Source: Schmidtea nova (taxonomy: Eukaryota). Taken from it: a stretch of DNA of 64,000 nucleotides. Numbering within the stretch: the first letter of the stretch is position 1; each line of letters starts with the position of its first letter. The notes beneath the pieces are model-generated. The model was not told the DNA's origin, made no database searches, and saw only the letters and a program-made list of their open reading frames with translations. A program made the translations under genes and the position numbers. Below, one piece after another: positions 50,901 to 58,880 of this stretch. The stretch spans positions 293,632,001 to 293,696,000 of the forward strand of contig CM097883.1 in the NCBI GenBank assembly GCA_044892505.1. Reading direction: 5' to 3'.

Positions 50901-51574
50901 CGCTGGAATCTATTTTCTGGCTCCCAATTGTTTTGGGTTGGTGTAATTGATCTTTCCCTTTGAGCTGGAATAATCGCGAACACATCAGATTTGTTTTTGG
51001 TGCTCTTCAAATTCAATTCGATTTTCATTGCCTTTTTTACTAGTTCATCAAAATTATCATAATCTACACAGCATAATGCGGTTTTTATTTCTTTGTTTAT
51101 TCCTGACAAAAATTGGTCTTGGATTAATTCTTGCATTTGTTGGGCTAGGCCTGGTTGTTTTGAGTCTTCTTCAAATGATTTACTTGCGAGGGTTGACAAA
51201 TGATACGCAAATTCGCTCACTGTTTCATTTGGATTTTGAACTCTACTATAAAACTTTTGACGCATTAATCTTTTGATATCTCCTCCGATAAGTTTTGCAG
51301 CTAACGCATCTTTCAACTTTGCCCAATCATTACCAATTAATTTTTTATCAATCTGTTGCCAAACCTCTCTAGCTGCTCCTTTAAGATATAAAGGTAATCT
51401 CTGAATCATAATCGCTTGAGACCATCCGTACGCCGTTGCATACATGTAGTAATCACTCATAAAATCTACAAAAATAACCGGATCTCCTCCATATTGTTCC
51501 ACAGGTAATCTTTGACAACTTGCAAAATCATTATTTTCTTTAATAACTGATACTGGCAAATCTTCACTACTCAT
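41972..51574 (-). CDS. ~3200-aa Gag-Ubl-Ubl-Bcl2-Env-PR-RT-RH-IN polyprotein (first ATG at 51574; the ORF track starts at GTG 51619)
   Basis: Three CX2CX4HX4C knuckles; ALIDSG protease (46148-56); YIDD RT (44933-44); TDAS...EKETLA...TDH RNase H; HHCC and D,D,E integrase; GPY motif. No stops or frameshifts. Confidence 0.97.
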   Translation of the reverse strand: MSSEDLPVSVIKENNDFASCQRLPVEQYGGDPVIFVDFMSDYYMYATAYGWSQAIMIQRLPLYLKGAAREVWQQIDKKLIGNDWAKLKDALAAKLIGGDIKRLMRQKFYSRVQNPNETVSEFAYHLSTLASKSFEEDSKQPGLAQQMQELIQDQFLSGINKEIKTALCCVDYDNFDELVKKAMKIELNLKSTKNKSDVFAIIPAQRERSITPTQNNWEPENRFQRSKSPSPKWRTELNINRPSRNFQGAERSRVIQCENCKKIGHYANQCWFKNNSDSTPRRITQDYRTNDRGTNFRRTVPDIKSNVNEVQCYRCGRKGHVSRNCFSRSRSPSTSPSPQRDNVNLNGQIQCHLCRNYGHIARSCPRNTNKFQRPILKRTIRFQDENPSNDNIAYVQQDGFREKIESDVKQLNQKLNKLIAKFESDEETDTHMMTRKELSESESESDKVQINKAKADIQSERSTVFIAKIRKLVAEPDVNSQKITELFTRLTKIPLSLTKIKTVIKLCAECYAASVEKRDVFKDFMRIFGQYLRKNKWLDPIFIQMNAPDGTKSNYKIDAYEKVRELKREVMHKCESWAVELKFMDQVLEDGEFLVDYGLIPGGENEMQMTNMIAKEKTVTNDSDEIRFELMEALLKGNTGDIIDKLNNILNLELKVEDKLKILDCVRPYMNAENEYGKTIKTLIQKFGQEFREEGIYNEPFVVLLKINGQGVEYTDEHWYTKVNKIRRRTAEIMGNDGIIVLTYKGFELDDDEYLFDCGCMPRKRNEDRFLTDQNFINDIIAVKQVDTDEVEKGYKIELPEFGSETMDNEDEISEEQEMTEHGEEQETEQRIDGSIIKTEVKNEAYMTEMEIDNITEERQRKDLYEVRCEIIQRLQGERGQKELKETEKVVRALANELYGEAAEKTQVELYVRKIAKKLKKRLYVVLRYVKDNKEFCDDGVITNMMTGEMDRDLVLTITSYILLEIGTHDYLNMEKRDEVIKKASKVLYKHVGKWIKEIGGWEKLVKQKTESSVEKRESYEGIPRGKPMKLPFIMFMIIILCAITTQTTSLIAYDCSQTKMGKIYSMVDMTECSDAHPMSLTVENDVKYHVYQESGFRHAVVRECIVKRTSFVFYCGKWSHTSLIKMYSIPRPVDVNPENCMAAFQTGEVKISPEVKLKAKLNHAIRETIIEKGTIKANGDCKGEPYKMNGEVIDQIVVMEEYLTELREFQGAFDDDTGKLQTHPFCNMKQASCQTGESILVYEVKTNLCNLIHLKTMSFNEMSGEQLRERPENLNVEAKPDMTIRITPLRTRKTPVVLMSTLLDDGMRFIRKNVVNKCGQTVYETNYKGIYVSKKRVEEAQVQIHSTDIKLTNYFNNKIDYLFHYSQSIMENIYREMILNDCKLNKEILRNRMAMAVTNPNLVAPMLISENGVFARVFGEALYSYKCNEIPVQIIKYEQCTNELPVSVNGKLRFMEPITRILLEEDAKPKLLKCNRLLAPLYRLTSDSWISLPDHKGVRNPEKLELTKLEYLINFTSLDKLAQTELYSQEDVEEARRNLLFPSKKERVITEMIDTILPSGEGKVNYDYLLTPDHYKKATYNTMKKIWGKFMFLGQACAGLIGIYVMFVVIKVIISQILTTHQLYVISGWSWKLIIGCIPCLARFVITKHQYKEMGKVKSRLNNDGRDIDSSSDSESGNGGKVKVPPIYYYKNSKIKINDIREKSKSLNLLQSVPQTSETDTFSRLCIPKTFLPTAPIYPVEKLKEMRPVENIELTNEQIAPTSAEIERRNMLGLPGNYALMTIGNKGRQPRIWIQVNKHRVEALIDSGSSNTILSDKLLNSGERARMKSTEEVVRSMTKNKLNIIGQIRVKFNIGNKEIVHNALIMKDSPVMCLVGMDVLEQLEGVSLDLKTGNLIVGKTGKVIHETGDVFLNQTLRVPPQSEVICYVNTMGVPDDEFIFQPSENLIAKYDTPICDEVVKVQDQLIPVRITNNSDKEVSFKPKTKLGKLTKILKINNKRLPKNIKIYKEPQVDSAELTQEQTQTFTKLLRKYQDIFAKHEYDLGVTHIIEHEIPLIDETPIKLRPYRIPYAHQDESDRQIKAMKEFHIIRDSFSPFSSSIVVVKKKDGELRFCIDYRKLNQVTRKDTYPIPVPQEMFDKMGEAQYFTVIDLNKGYNQFKVKETDKGKTAFSDGKGLYEFNVLPFGLTGAPATFQRGMNFVLRDIPHALVYIDDIIIFSGNFEEHMRDVETVFKRLREANLKIKPSKCEWGKSEVVYIGHIISRKGLQPNPENVKKIKDYPTPKNVDDIRQFLGLASYYRKFIRNFAHFAQPLTMLLKKTTKFVWGKAQQDVFEILKQKLMMNPILRGPDFTKTFMLMTDASCFALGAVLGQKVEGEKDHVIAYASRSLKPHEKNYSTIEKETLALVYGITTFRQYLVGRKFIVYTDHNPLQWLMKHRDAASKLIRWSLALQEYDFEIKYRTGKSNANADTLSRIPNGEINNNQEEINLRDTVFAVVKAANNMAELQRDQEMDEELKQIIKHTVIMRKDKELKQLIEEKHKYVIHRGILKYIKNDELLIVVPIIHRNTLLLQYHDGALGGHLSARKTLSRIKLKYFWNTMEQDVKQWCNTCKICLTRRNTGKKIKVPLKPMPIPAAPMEFSAMDIIGPLPETTNGNKYILVFCDYLTKWPEAFAMPNQKAETVAQIFVEEIIFRYGVPKKLLTDQGTNFQSDLFKSITELFGIYKLSTSPYHPQTDGLVERFNGTLINMISSYVNRKQKDWDLFIRPCLYAYRNSVNESTGETPFYLMYLRRNNMPIDLEFQSPTSQYLEIPNYKVALQERLQSAWTQAGLKIKYRQEQYKESYDKKAHEHGIKIGDLVYLNKPEPTKGLSTKLQRPFKGPYTVCDATATNLKLRPINNKKAETIVVHANRCKKVPELEHQLRNKQKKTNDEIEIRQKFQKNPTPLSYMNKVLFITTVLINMVTNTVGIKMDIPDAVNKLPSLEKIDVYLMKVVLTLNLSMNNYKKPLRNKGIYTNNQLFERNVQIEMIYWNKTNQVQIENCDTTIIVSYKAEVEGKEHRNRARVSTQNSGTESQTSKLLIANQYCKGKTNPDRWQTICIKDRQIYFVLDQPSKETLDHNLTLPLTLSCIKIENFSLNYKENSFTNNCVDMFSVCIIRARQRVILLVCFILISRTDKRNNSNCDFQYSKPQISMWLESRV
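46620..48424 (-). other. In-frame glycoprotein domain, chuvirus-like / herpes gB-like class III fusogen
   Basis: Begins LIAYDC after a hydrophobic signal-like segment; EC..KRT...FYCGKWSH matches the chuviral C..R.IYYCGMHSH pattern; C-terminal WGKFMFLG..AGLIGIY...GWSW membrane region. Confidence 0.8.
48551..48997 (-). other. In-frame Bcl-2-like domain
   Basis: BH2-like WIKEIGGWEKLV (compare Bcl-xL WIQENGGWDTFV), BH3-like VVRALANEL, BH1-to-BH2 spacing preserved but NWGR absent. Confidence 0.7.
49280..49957 (-). other. Two in-frame ubiquitin-like domains (aa ~555-625 and ~715-780)
   Basis: ELKFMDQVLEDGEFLVDYGL and VLTYKGFELDDDEYLFDCGC compared with ubiquitin [20 protein letters not shown]. Confidence 0.75.
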
Positions 51575-51947
51575 TATGGGTTCCTTTTTACTTTTGCTTC
51601 GTAAATTATATCGACTCACTTTAATAAATTATTTTCTCAAATTTCGCAAAATCTAAATTCAAATTTATTACCACAATTAATAATTTACCTTTTCACAATT
51701 TCGTTAAATAATCTCTCTTTATCACAATTATTTTCACTCTCTTTTCAATAAATTTTATTTCAATAATTCTTCACCACTTTATTTCGCCGGATATATCCCA
51801 ATTACTTTTTCAATCGCTCCTCACCAACGTTTGATCACGTCGGATTATGGTACAACTGTTTTATTCAATACTATTTTCACCAACCTCTGATCACGTCGTA
51901 TATATATAACAATTACTTTTCTTCAATAATCTTTTCACCAACGTCAG

Positions 51948-51965
51948 ATCACGTCGGGCTCACCA
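51948..51965 (-). promoter_or_regulatory. Primer binding site, tRNA-Trp (TGGTGAGCCCGACGTGAT)
   Basis: 17/18 match to the tRNA-Trp PBS TGGTGACCCCGACGTGAT, 5 nt from the 5' LTR. Confidence 0.92.
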
Positions 51966-51970
51966 AATAA

Positions 51971-52960
51971 TGTTGGGTTATTGGGTCGTTGGTGACTTTA
52001 TGATTAACAAATTATTACCCTGACTCCAAAACGTGCTCTTTATTGACCCACAATAACAACTGACAACAGGAAATTTTATTGATTATCACAAATAACTTCG
52101 ATTTACAATGAACTGACCAAATTCAAACTACAGCTGATTATACAGTGCTTATTACGACACTATAGTGAAGAATAGCACTAGTGTATAATCGATGTTCGAA
52201 ATCACTCACTGCTGGGGAGTATAACAATTGGTAATTTGACTGGTTGTTTTCTTTATTTGACTTGGATTTACTCTCTGAATTTTACTAGCTTTATTTTCTC
52301 AAACGCTTGAATAAGCTCCTGCTGCTTATCCCTTAGTTTCTGGTTTCAATTATTGGATTCTCCTTTTGACTCTTCTTTAACTTTCTCTGGACGTTTTTCT
52401 GCTTCCTTTTTAATGAATTTTACTAGCTTTATTTTCTCAAACGCTTTCTCTCAAATATTTTCTCTAACCACTTCTGTATACAATGTTGTGTCTTTTTTCT
52501 GAGATGCTTCCTCCTTTTATACTTCTTCACTTTGTAGCACTTAAAATTATCAGCTGTTGTTACATTTTTCCAACATGATTTTCCATTCATTTTCTCAGCA
52601 ACGGAGTTATCTTTGACAGCTGTCAAGATAACCTCTGTTTTTCTCCTTTTTGCCGCTTCGGCTTGTTTGCTTTTTGCCCACATTATCTCTGACCGGTTGT
52701 CAAGATAAAATTCTTGTTGTTGTTTTTGTTTTTCCCAACTTTAGAATTTCTTCCTATTTGCACTAGTTAATTAGTGCTGACCTCTATTTCGTTTTGCTTG
52801 TCTGATTTCTTTTCTTTTGTTTCCCCTTCTCATTTCTCATTCCTTTTTACTTCCGTTTTCTTTCCCAGGCTCCAATCAATCGTGTCATTCCCCATGACAA
52901 TTTTCCCCCAAGTAATTTTGTTTATTTATTATATTATTTTGAATTTAGGTATCCTCAACA
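51971..52960 (-). repeat. 5' LTR (990 bp)
   Basis: Near-identical partner of 36587-37575; adjacent to the PBS. Confidence 0.98.
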
Positions 52961-54704
52961 ACATTAAACTTTATTAGGTCTTTCATACGCTCTGACCATC
53001 ATACTGCCGCGTTTATTTGGACAGTCCTTTTGACTCAAACTTCTTATTTCACCATCAATCGCATTCATTACCAGTTCATCATTCATAGATTTTATTAATG
53101 AGTGGATTTATCATCAACCTACTGTCCAATCATTGTTACGGCTTTTGTTGTTGAGCTACGAATTTGTAGTCACTCATCGCTACACATATCGAACGTGGTG
53201 GTTATATCATCGATCAAACTCATTTAATTGTAGCTGCGGGTATGATCATTTACTTATTATCAATCGCCATTCACTACTTATGAAATCAGTCACTCACTCT
53301 CTAAACACATTCATTCGGCAGCACATTAAACAAGCTTCTACATCATCCGACCTCAGAAAATTCTCTGATTGAATCCTCGTCATGGTTATTTGTCAATTTG
53401 ATGCACTGAAACATTCCAATTCATGACGTTCGACTCTCGCCAGCCTCATTTCATAACGACTTTACATTTTCGGGGTGAAATCATGCTATTAAGGCCCTTG
53501 CAGGGTTATGTTGTCCTCTCATCCTTGGTATGGATATATCCCTTCCCGTTCCATTAGCGCTGTAACGCCGCATCAGCCATCACCGCCAGGTGATGCGCTG
53601 AGAGGCCCAGTTTTCGCCCTTCAAATCCTACGACCTCCGGGTTGCGACCTTATAGATTTTAAACATGAGTAATACATGAGGGTTTAACACTGACATGATA
53701 TCAAAAACAAATCACCAACGTACTTTTTATTTCGTTTGATTCTACAGATTTACTTGATACAACACAAGACTTCACTGATAAAAATGACATCACATTCTGA
53801 ATTTGATCACTACTTATGTATTGTTTTGGCCTCGCCTTCTGAACAATCAGAATTCAGTACGGTTGCCTATTTGTCAGTCATTTATTTTTTATTGTTTGTT
53901 TTTCTTTCATTAAACCGGTGAGTTTTGGTGGTTACTCATTTGCTTATGACTTTATGACTTTTTTATTTTAGTTCTCTACATACTATCCGAGCGGTCCACC
54001 CCGGCATTTGCTGCGTTCAGCAATTTCATTTTACTCTGGTAATTCTATTGGCAGATTTTATTATTCATCGCTTTTCTGTTTCAGGCATCAGTGGTTTTCA
54101 ATTACTCAATGGTAATTTATTATATATTGTGCTTTCTTTAGTGCTGACATTTTGACAGCTCTTGTTCTCGCCTGATTGGTTTTGCTCGATCATCACGCGG
54201 CTATCTCATCTCGGTCTAGTGGTAAGTTCTGTATTGTTATTACTGTTTTAGTATTATGTTATTACTTTCAGGTTTCGCCGTGCTTCGATGATTATCTGTC
54301 TATCGCTGATGGTTTGCAATTTATTTTATTTAATTTTATTACTATTTTCCTATTTAATTTGTACTTTCTTTTAGATTATTTACGATTCGCTGGGCCCAAC
54401 AAGTATAACAAACGTACTCACCCATGACGATCCAACTAGGGAATTGATTATCCAAATTGGTGGTGATCAACAATGGCATTTTATTGATTTTCTTTTCTTT
54501 TATATACTCTTACTAGCGGGATTCTCTCAAATTTTCTTTTTAGTTACAGCTTTAGCGAATCTTGGAAAATTCTGAGATTCTCACTATTCTTCACCATAAT
54601 TTTCACTTCATTAGATGCGTAAAATATCATATTCTCGTGCAATATTAATTATATATCTAAATAATAAAATTATTATTTTTTTAAATATAATCTTTAGTTT
54701 TTCA

Positions 54705-55400
54705 AGTAGACTCGACAATGTAATCGTTTGATGTTAGCGAAAGATCTAATAATGGTTAAATTAAACTGTGAATGAAAGGAACCGAACATCGAAATCGAGC
54801 ATGAATATTCTCTTGATAGCTCGTAAACCAAGAGAAAGTACTCGATCAATTATAGTTCTGGTAGCAGCGCTCACTTTTTGCGAGTATTTCTGACCATTAC
54901 TTACAGAACTAACTTTAGTTGCAATTGCTAACTATTGGTTAAAATCAACAATTATTTGGTTACCACAAACTAACATCCTACTATGGTACCAACAATAATA
55001 TAATGCAAAATGCACACATAATATTAACATTACAACACAGGCACAAGTATATCATCACACTATACTGCAAAATATACACAAAGAGTATCAAAAATATATA
55101 AAAATTAGTCATACACATGAGAGGCCATCGCGTTATATTAGGTCAAATGCATGAAAAATCATCATACTATAATGCAATTACATGTAATTACACACAAAAT
55201 AAAGACATATATCACACACAAAACAATAATCATTAAGAGAAATATCTACATACTATAGTGCAATTGCATAAAAAATATACATATACAAAATACAAACAAA
55301 ATGTTAGAAATTCATTATACACACAAAGAATATAATAACATACATAGAAAATCATCACACACAAAATAGCATAATAATAATGACAATAATGATGACGATG
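54705..55400. repeat. Unclassified dispersed repeat, copy B right part (includes the empty site of the small Gypsy)
   Basis: 54720-54990 aligns with 11700-11932 + 15133-15190 and has a single GTTAA at ~54948-52; followed by an ACAT-rich array like 32480-33240. Confidence 0.7.
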
Positions 55401-55414
55401 ATAATAATAATATT

Positions 55415-55613
55415 NNNNNNNNNNNNNNNNNNNNNNNNNNNNNNNNNNNNNNNNNNNNNNNNNNNNNNNNNNNNNNNNNNNNNNNNNNNNNNNNNNNNNN
55501 NNNNNNNNNNNNNNNNNNNNNNNNNNNNNNNNNNNNNNNNNNNNNNNNNNNNNNNNNNNNNNNNNNNNNNNNNNNNNNNNNNNNNNNNNNNNNNNNNNNN
55601 NNNNNNNNNNNNN
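55415..55613. other. Assembly gap (N run)
   Basis: N characters. Confidence 1.
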
Positions 55614-55829
55614 TACAATTGTGGTCCAATCCCGAAAAAATAAATTAAATTAAATAATAATGAAATAATTAACATCAGTGATGACCAATCTTTAAATGAA
55701 ATAATTTATATGAGTGATGATACTCCTATTATTATTCTTTCCGACGACGAACCAACAATAGATCTTCAAAATGGTGGTTTTCCTGTTCCCCATATTTACA
55801 ACGTTAAATTTGACTTGCGTTAATTACTT

Positions 55830-57484
55830 GCCATTGTGAAAATGGTGGTTTTAAATTTAAATTTAAAAACTTTAGTTTTATCCAATATTTTAATTAATAA
55901 ATTAAATGATGCGAATACTGAGATGGCATCTGTCAAATTAGAATTTGGTATTGACGTAGAGTTTGAAAAAGATGTGAATTTCAATCATTTATCAATTAGT
56001 GATACCTTTCTAGATGAGAGTATTGCTCTTTTTAATGAATAATAATCTTAATTAATGATAAAGGTAGTAATTGGATTATTAACAAAGGTAATGAAATCCA
56101 TTTTGTTGAAACTAAATTTGCAAAAATAAGTCCTTTAAGTGGACGTGGTCATAATAAGACCTCTGAATCATCGCAATTAAAACATTGCACAGTAAAGGTC
56201 ATAAATTTCGGATAATTTGTGTTTCATCTATAGCATTTTAGATTTTTTGAGATATTATGAGATAGAAAATAATAGGAATAGGGCAATAATTATAGTATTG
56301 TGGATCTTGACTTTGACCCTTCTTAAATGCTCATGCTACATTGCAATATGCCAAAATTTGAAGTTAAAACCCCCGGTATTGCTATTAATATTATTTGTTA
56401 TGATAAGGATGCTTTACTCGATACCGTGACGAACCCAGAAAATTTTGAACTCGTTTGAGTCGATATAAATCACAGGTTGAAATTTGTTGGGGCAATTACA
56501 ATAAATTTAGAATTGTTTGAAAACGGTGATGCATACCATTATATTGCAGTCACCGATCTTGATAGGCTTTTAAATTATGACAATAAATCTCTTTCTGTTG
56601 CTGGCATACAAAGAATATGGTGTCATCGATGCTTGAACGGATTTCCAAAACTGGAAACATTCGATTGACATCAAGAGTTGTGTGCTAAAAATCAACTCTA
56701 TCTTTGGTTGTATATGCCAATTTTGAGGCATTTCCCAATTTCTGCCAATCTCTTACTTTTAAATAATTTTACTGGGGAAAAAATTTACAAGAATATTTTA
56801 GGTCTTGATTGTGTAAATAATTTTCGTACTGAATTAGTTACTTGTCTGAAATTATTCTTTATCCATTTTATAAAAATAATTTTAAACAATCCCTTTCTAT
56901 GACTAGAAATAATCAACATGCATCTTCTTCGGCATAATCTGTTATCTTTGTAAGAAAACTTTAGTCAGACCTGTAAGAGACCATCTTCATTACAATGGGG
57001 AAATTTTGAGAGCAGCATGTTATTCATATAATAAATATTGTCGATTATGAAAGTTCTTATCTGTTATCTTTCATAATTTAAAGAGCTATGACTTGCAACC
57101 GCTTGGCTAATTTTAAAAAGTGAAAAATTTCAGATTCCCTTTACACGTCAAAAACTCTTGACATTATCTGCAAGGGTAAGTGATTTAACCACTAAATTCA
57201 TCGATTCTTGTCAGTTTGTTAATTTGAGTTTAAATGAAGCAGTTAAATCTCTCACTTATTCGCCTTTTACTCGATTTGAATTCACTGGGACTATAGTTGA
57301 TTGTAAGGGTATCTTTTCATAGAACTTTGCTAGTTATTTATCTATCCTTAATGAAACTTATAAGTTTCCTCCAATCTGGAAGGGTTGGAGTCAAGCTGGA
57401 TATGACAATGCACATGTTAGTTTGAGGGAATCCCAGTGTCAAACTCCTTGTGATTATATGATTTTTTAATTAAAACTTAACCTC
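55830..57484 (+). pseudogene. Decayed Polinton/Maverick (adintovirus-like) protein-primed DNA polymerase B, N-terminal/exonuclease half
   Basis: Across frameshifts: SPLSG...DNLCFIYSIL, HYIAVTDLDRLL...CHRCLNGF, CYLCKK..VRDHLHYNG, VIFHNLKSYD, KFIDSCQF, KGIF. These are motifs typical of this polymerase group. Confidence 0.8.
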
Positions 57485-58813
57485 TGTTGGGTGGTGTTAC
57501 AAAATTTTTTACAGACTTCTAGGGGTTAATATAACCCACAGCGCAACATAAATATTACTCAATCACCCACGTGTACCCTCAGTTCTTCCCCAAATAACTA
57601 GGTTGGTACTGTACACGGTGGCGAGAATCTAGTGAGCAGGTGAGCTCCGTTGCTGAAACTACTCCTCACTAAATTCTCTCTTTCGGATTCTTGCTGCCGA
57701 TAGAAGGACTTACGCATCTACTTTCTTTACGGTCTTATCGTATGATTTTCCTCCTAATGATCTATTACTTTTCGCTATCAACAATATACCTTTATTCCTC
57801 CTCAATTAATTCAACAAAACAATGAATGCTCCTGACAATCCCATTTCCTCTCGTCTAAATTTGGTTCCGGTACGCCTAATCGCCTAACCCTCCGAAGAGA
57901 GTTAGGACGAGAGGTCATTTATCGCCCATCAGGTCGCGATACCATCAGGACATGCCATTAGATATTTTTCCCCGGAGGTTCTGAGGGTTTACCCGCGAAC
58001 AATCATAAAGTTTTAAAAGTCACAACATTTATTGAATACCATTCACATAACATGATTACAGATTACCATACACAAAACAAACCTACTCACCTACGCGACT
58101 GGCTGGCGAAACACGAAATCGACATTTTGCCTTCACTTGCAGAAACTAACTGAGTTAATTCAACTGATTTTTGCGTCTATTTATATTAAAATAGACTGAC
58201 ACCCACGCATGTTTTCATTCAAATGATTCTATTATGATTGAAACTCAATTTATCTGTTTCAATAACCGATTATTTATTTAATTTTTTGTAAATTTAATTT
58301 TACAATTTAATTTATTTATTTCTAAGATATTTGATTTTCATTCCGATAAATGATGTGTGTACCTTGTTTCGGTACATTTATTGATTGATTAAAACAATCA
58401 ACTTTAATTGAATTCTATTTTTATTTCTACCTCTGTTATTTTCCCGATATTTCAATGGGGATTTTTTTTATACTTTTTAATAAATTATTTTCTTTATTCT
58501 GATATCAATTTTATTCTTTGATCATACTTTTCGTTATTTTGTACAGCGATGATCTTCTCCATTCAATTCTCGTGTGGTCCTTTGTGTGTAAATGTGACAT
58601 GCGCTCAAATTGTGGGCTCTCTTTTGAGATGCCTCTTTTCTATCGTTTAAGCCCTATCTTGACCGACTTATCGAATGCGGTTCGTATGATTACTATTGTA
58701 CTTTACTGTTTTATTTTCTTTTGGTAAATTTACTGCGTGTTTTTAAACTTGTTTCTTTTTTAATTTTTGATGAATTCAAACAAAATTCTATTTTTGATTT
58801 CGCCAGTCCAACA
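57485..58813 (-). mobile_element. Solo LTR (1329 bp) of the element-A family inserted in the polymerase pseudogene
   Basis: TGTTGG...CCAACA ends, flanks CCTC/CCTG (3 of 4 TSD match), homologous to 3216-4629. Confidence 0.85.
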
Positions 58814-58880
58814 CCTGTTTCTTTTGGTCGACTTTTTCCAAAAATTTAGAGCTAAATCGATTGTTCAAAATCAACTTGAA
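58814..58880 (+). pseudogene. Continuation of the pPolB remnant after the solo LTR
   Basis: Joined reading LKLNLFLLVDFFQKFRAKS resembles the conserved LKTDVLLLADVFENFR. Confidence 0.7.

Larger units (their letters stand above)
36587..52960 (-). mobile_element. Intact 16.4-kb Ty3/Gypsy-type LTR retroelement with env-like glycoprotein and accessory domains
   Basis: Paired LTRs, 4-bp TSD ACAT (36583-86, 52961-64), PBS, PPT, an uninterrupted 3200-aa polyprotein and a second ORF; PR-RT-RH-IN order. Confidence 0.98.
34812..54704 (-). mobile_element. Older ~3.5-kb LTR-type insertion (34812-36586 + 52965-54704) split by the 16.4-kb element
   Basis: Begins TGCTGG, carries the conserved LTR motif at 34971-35036, and is flanked by AGTA (34808-11, 54705-08). 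Removing it restores similarity to repeat copy A near 11660-11690. Confidence 0.55.

Noticed and set aside
42943-51276. Many plus-strand ORFs of 60-114 aa overlapping the polyprotein
   Set aside because: Antisense shadows of a long AT-rich ORF with no recognisable motifs.
51575-51619. GTG start giving 3215 aa
   Set aside because: Non-ATG start overlapping a donor-like GTGAGT; the first in-frame ATG (51574) is more plausible.
57729-57740. ACGGTCTTATCG resembling part of the planarian spliced leader as I recall it
   Set aside because: Only 12 nt, inside an LTR, not conserved in the paralogous LTR, and no donor or Sm site follows.
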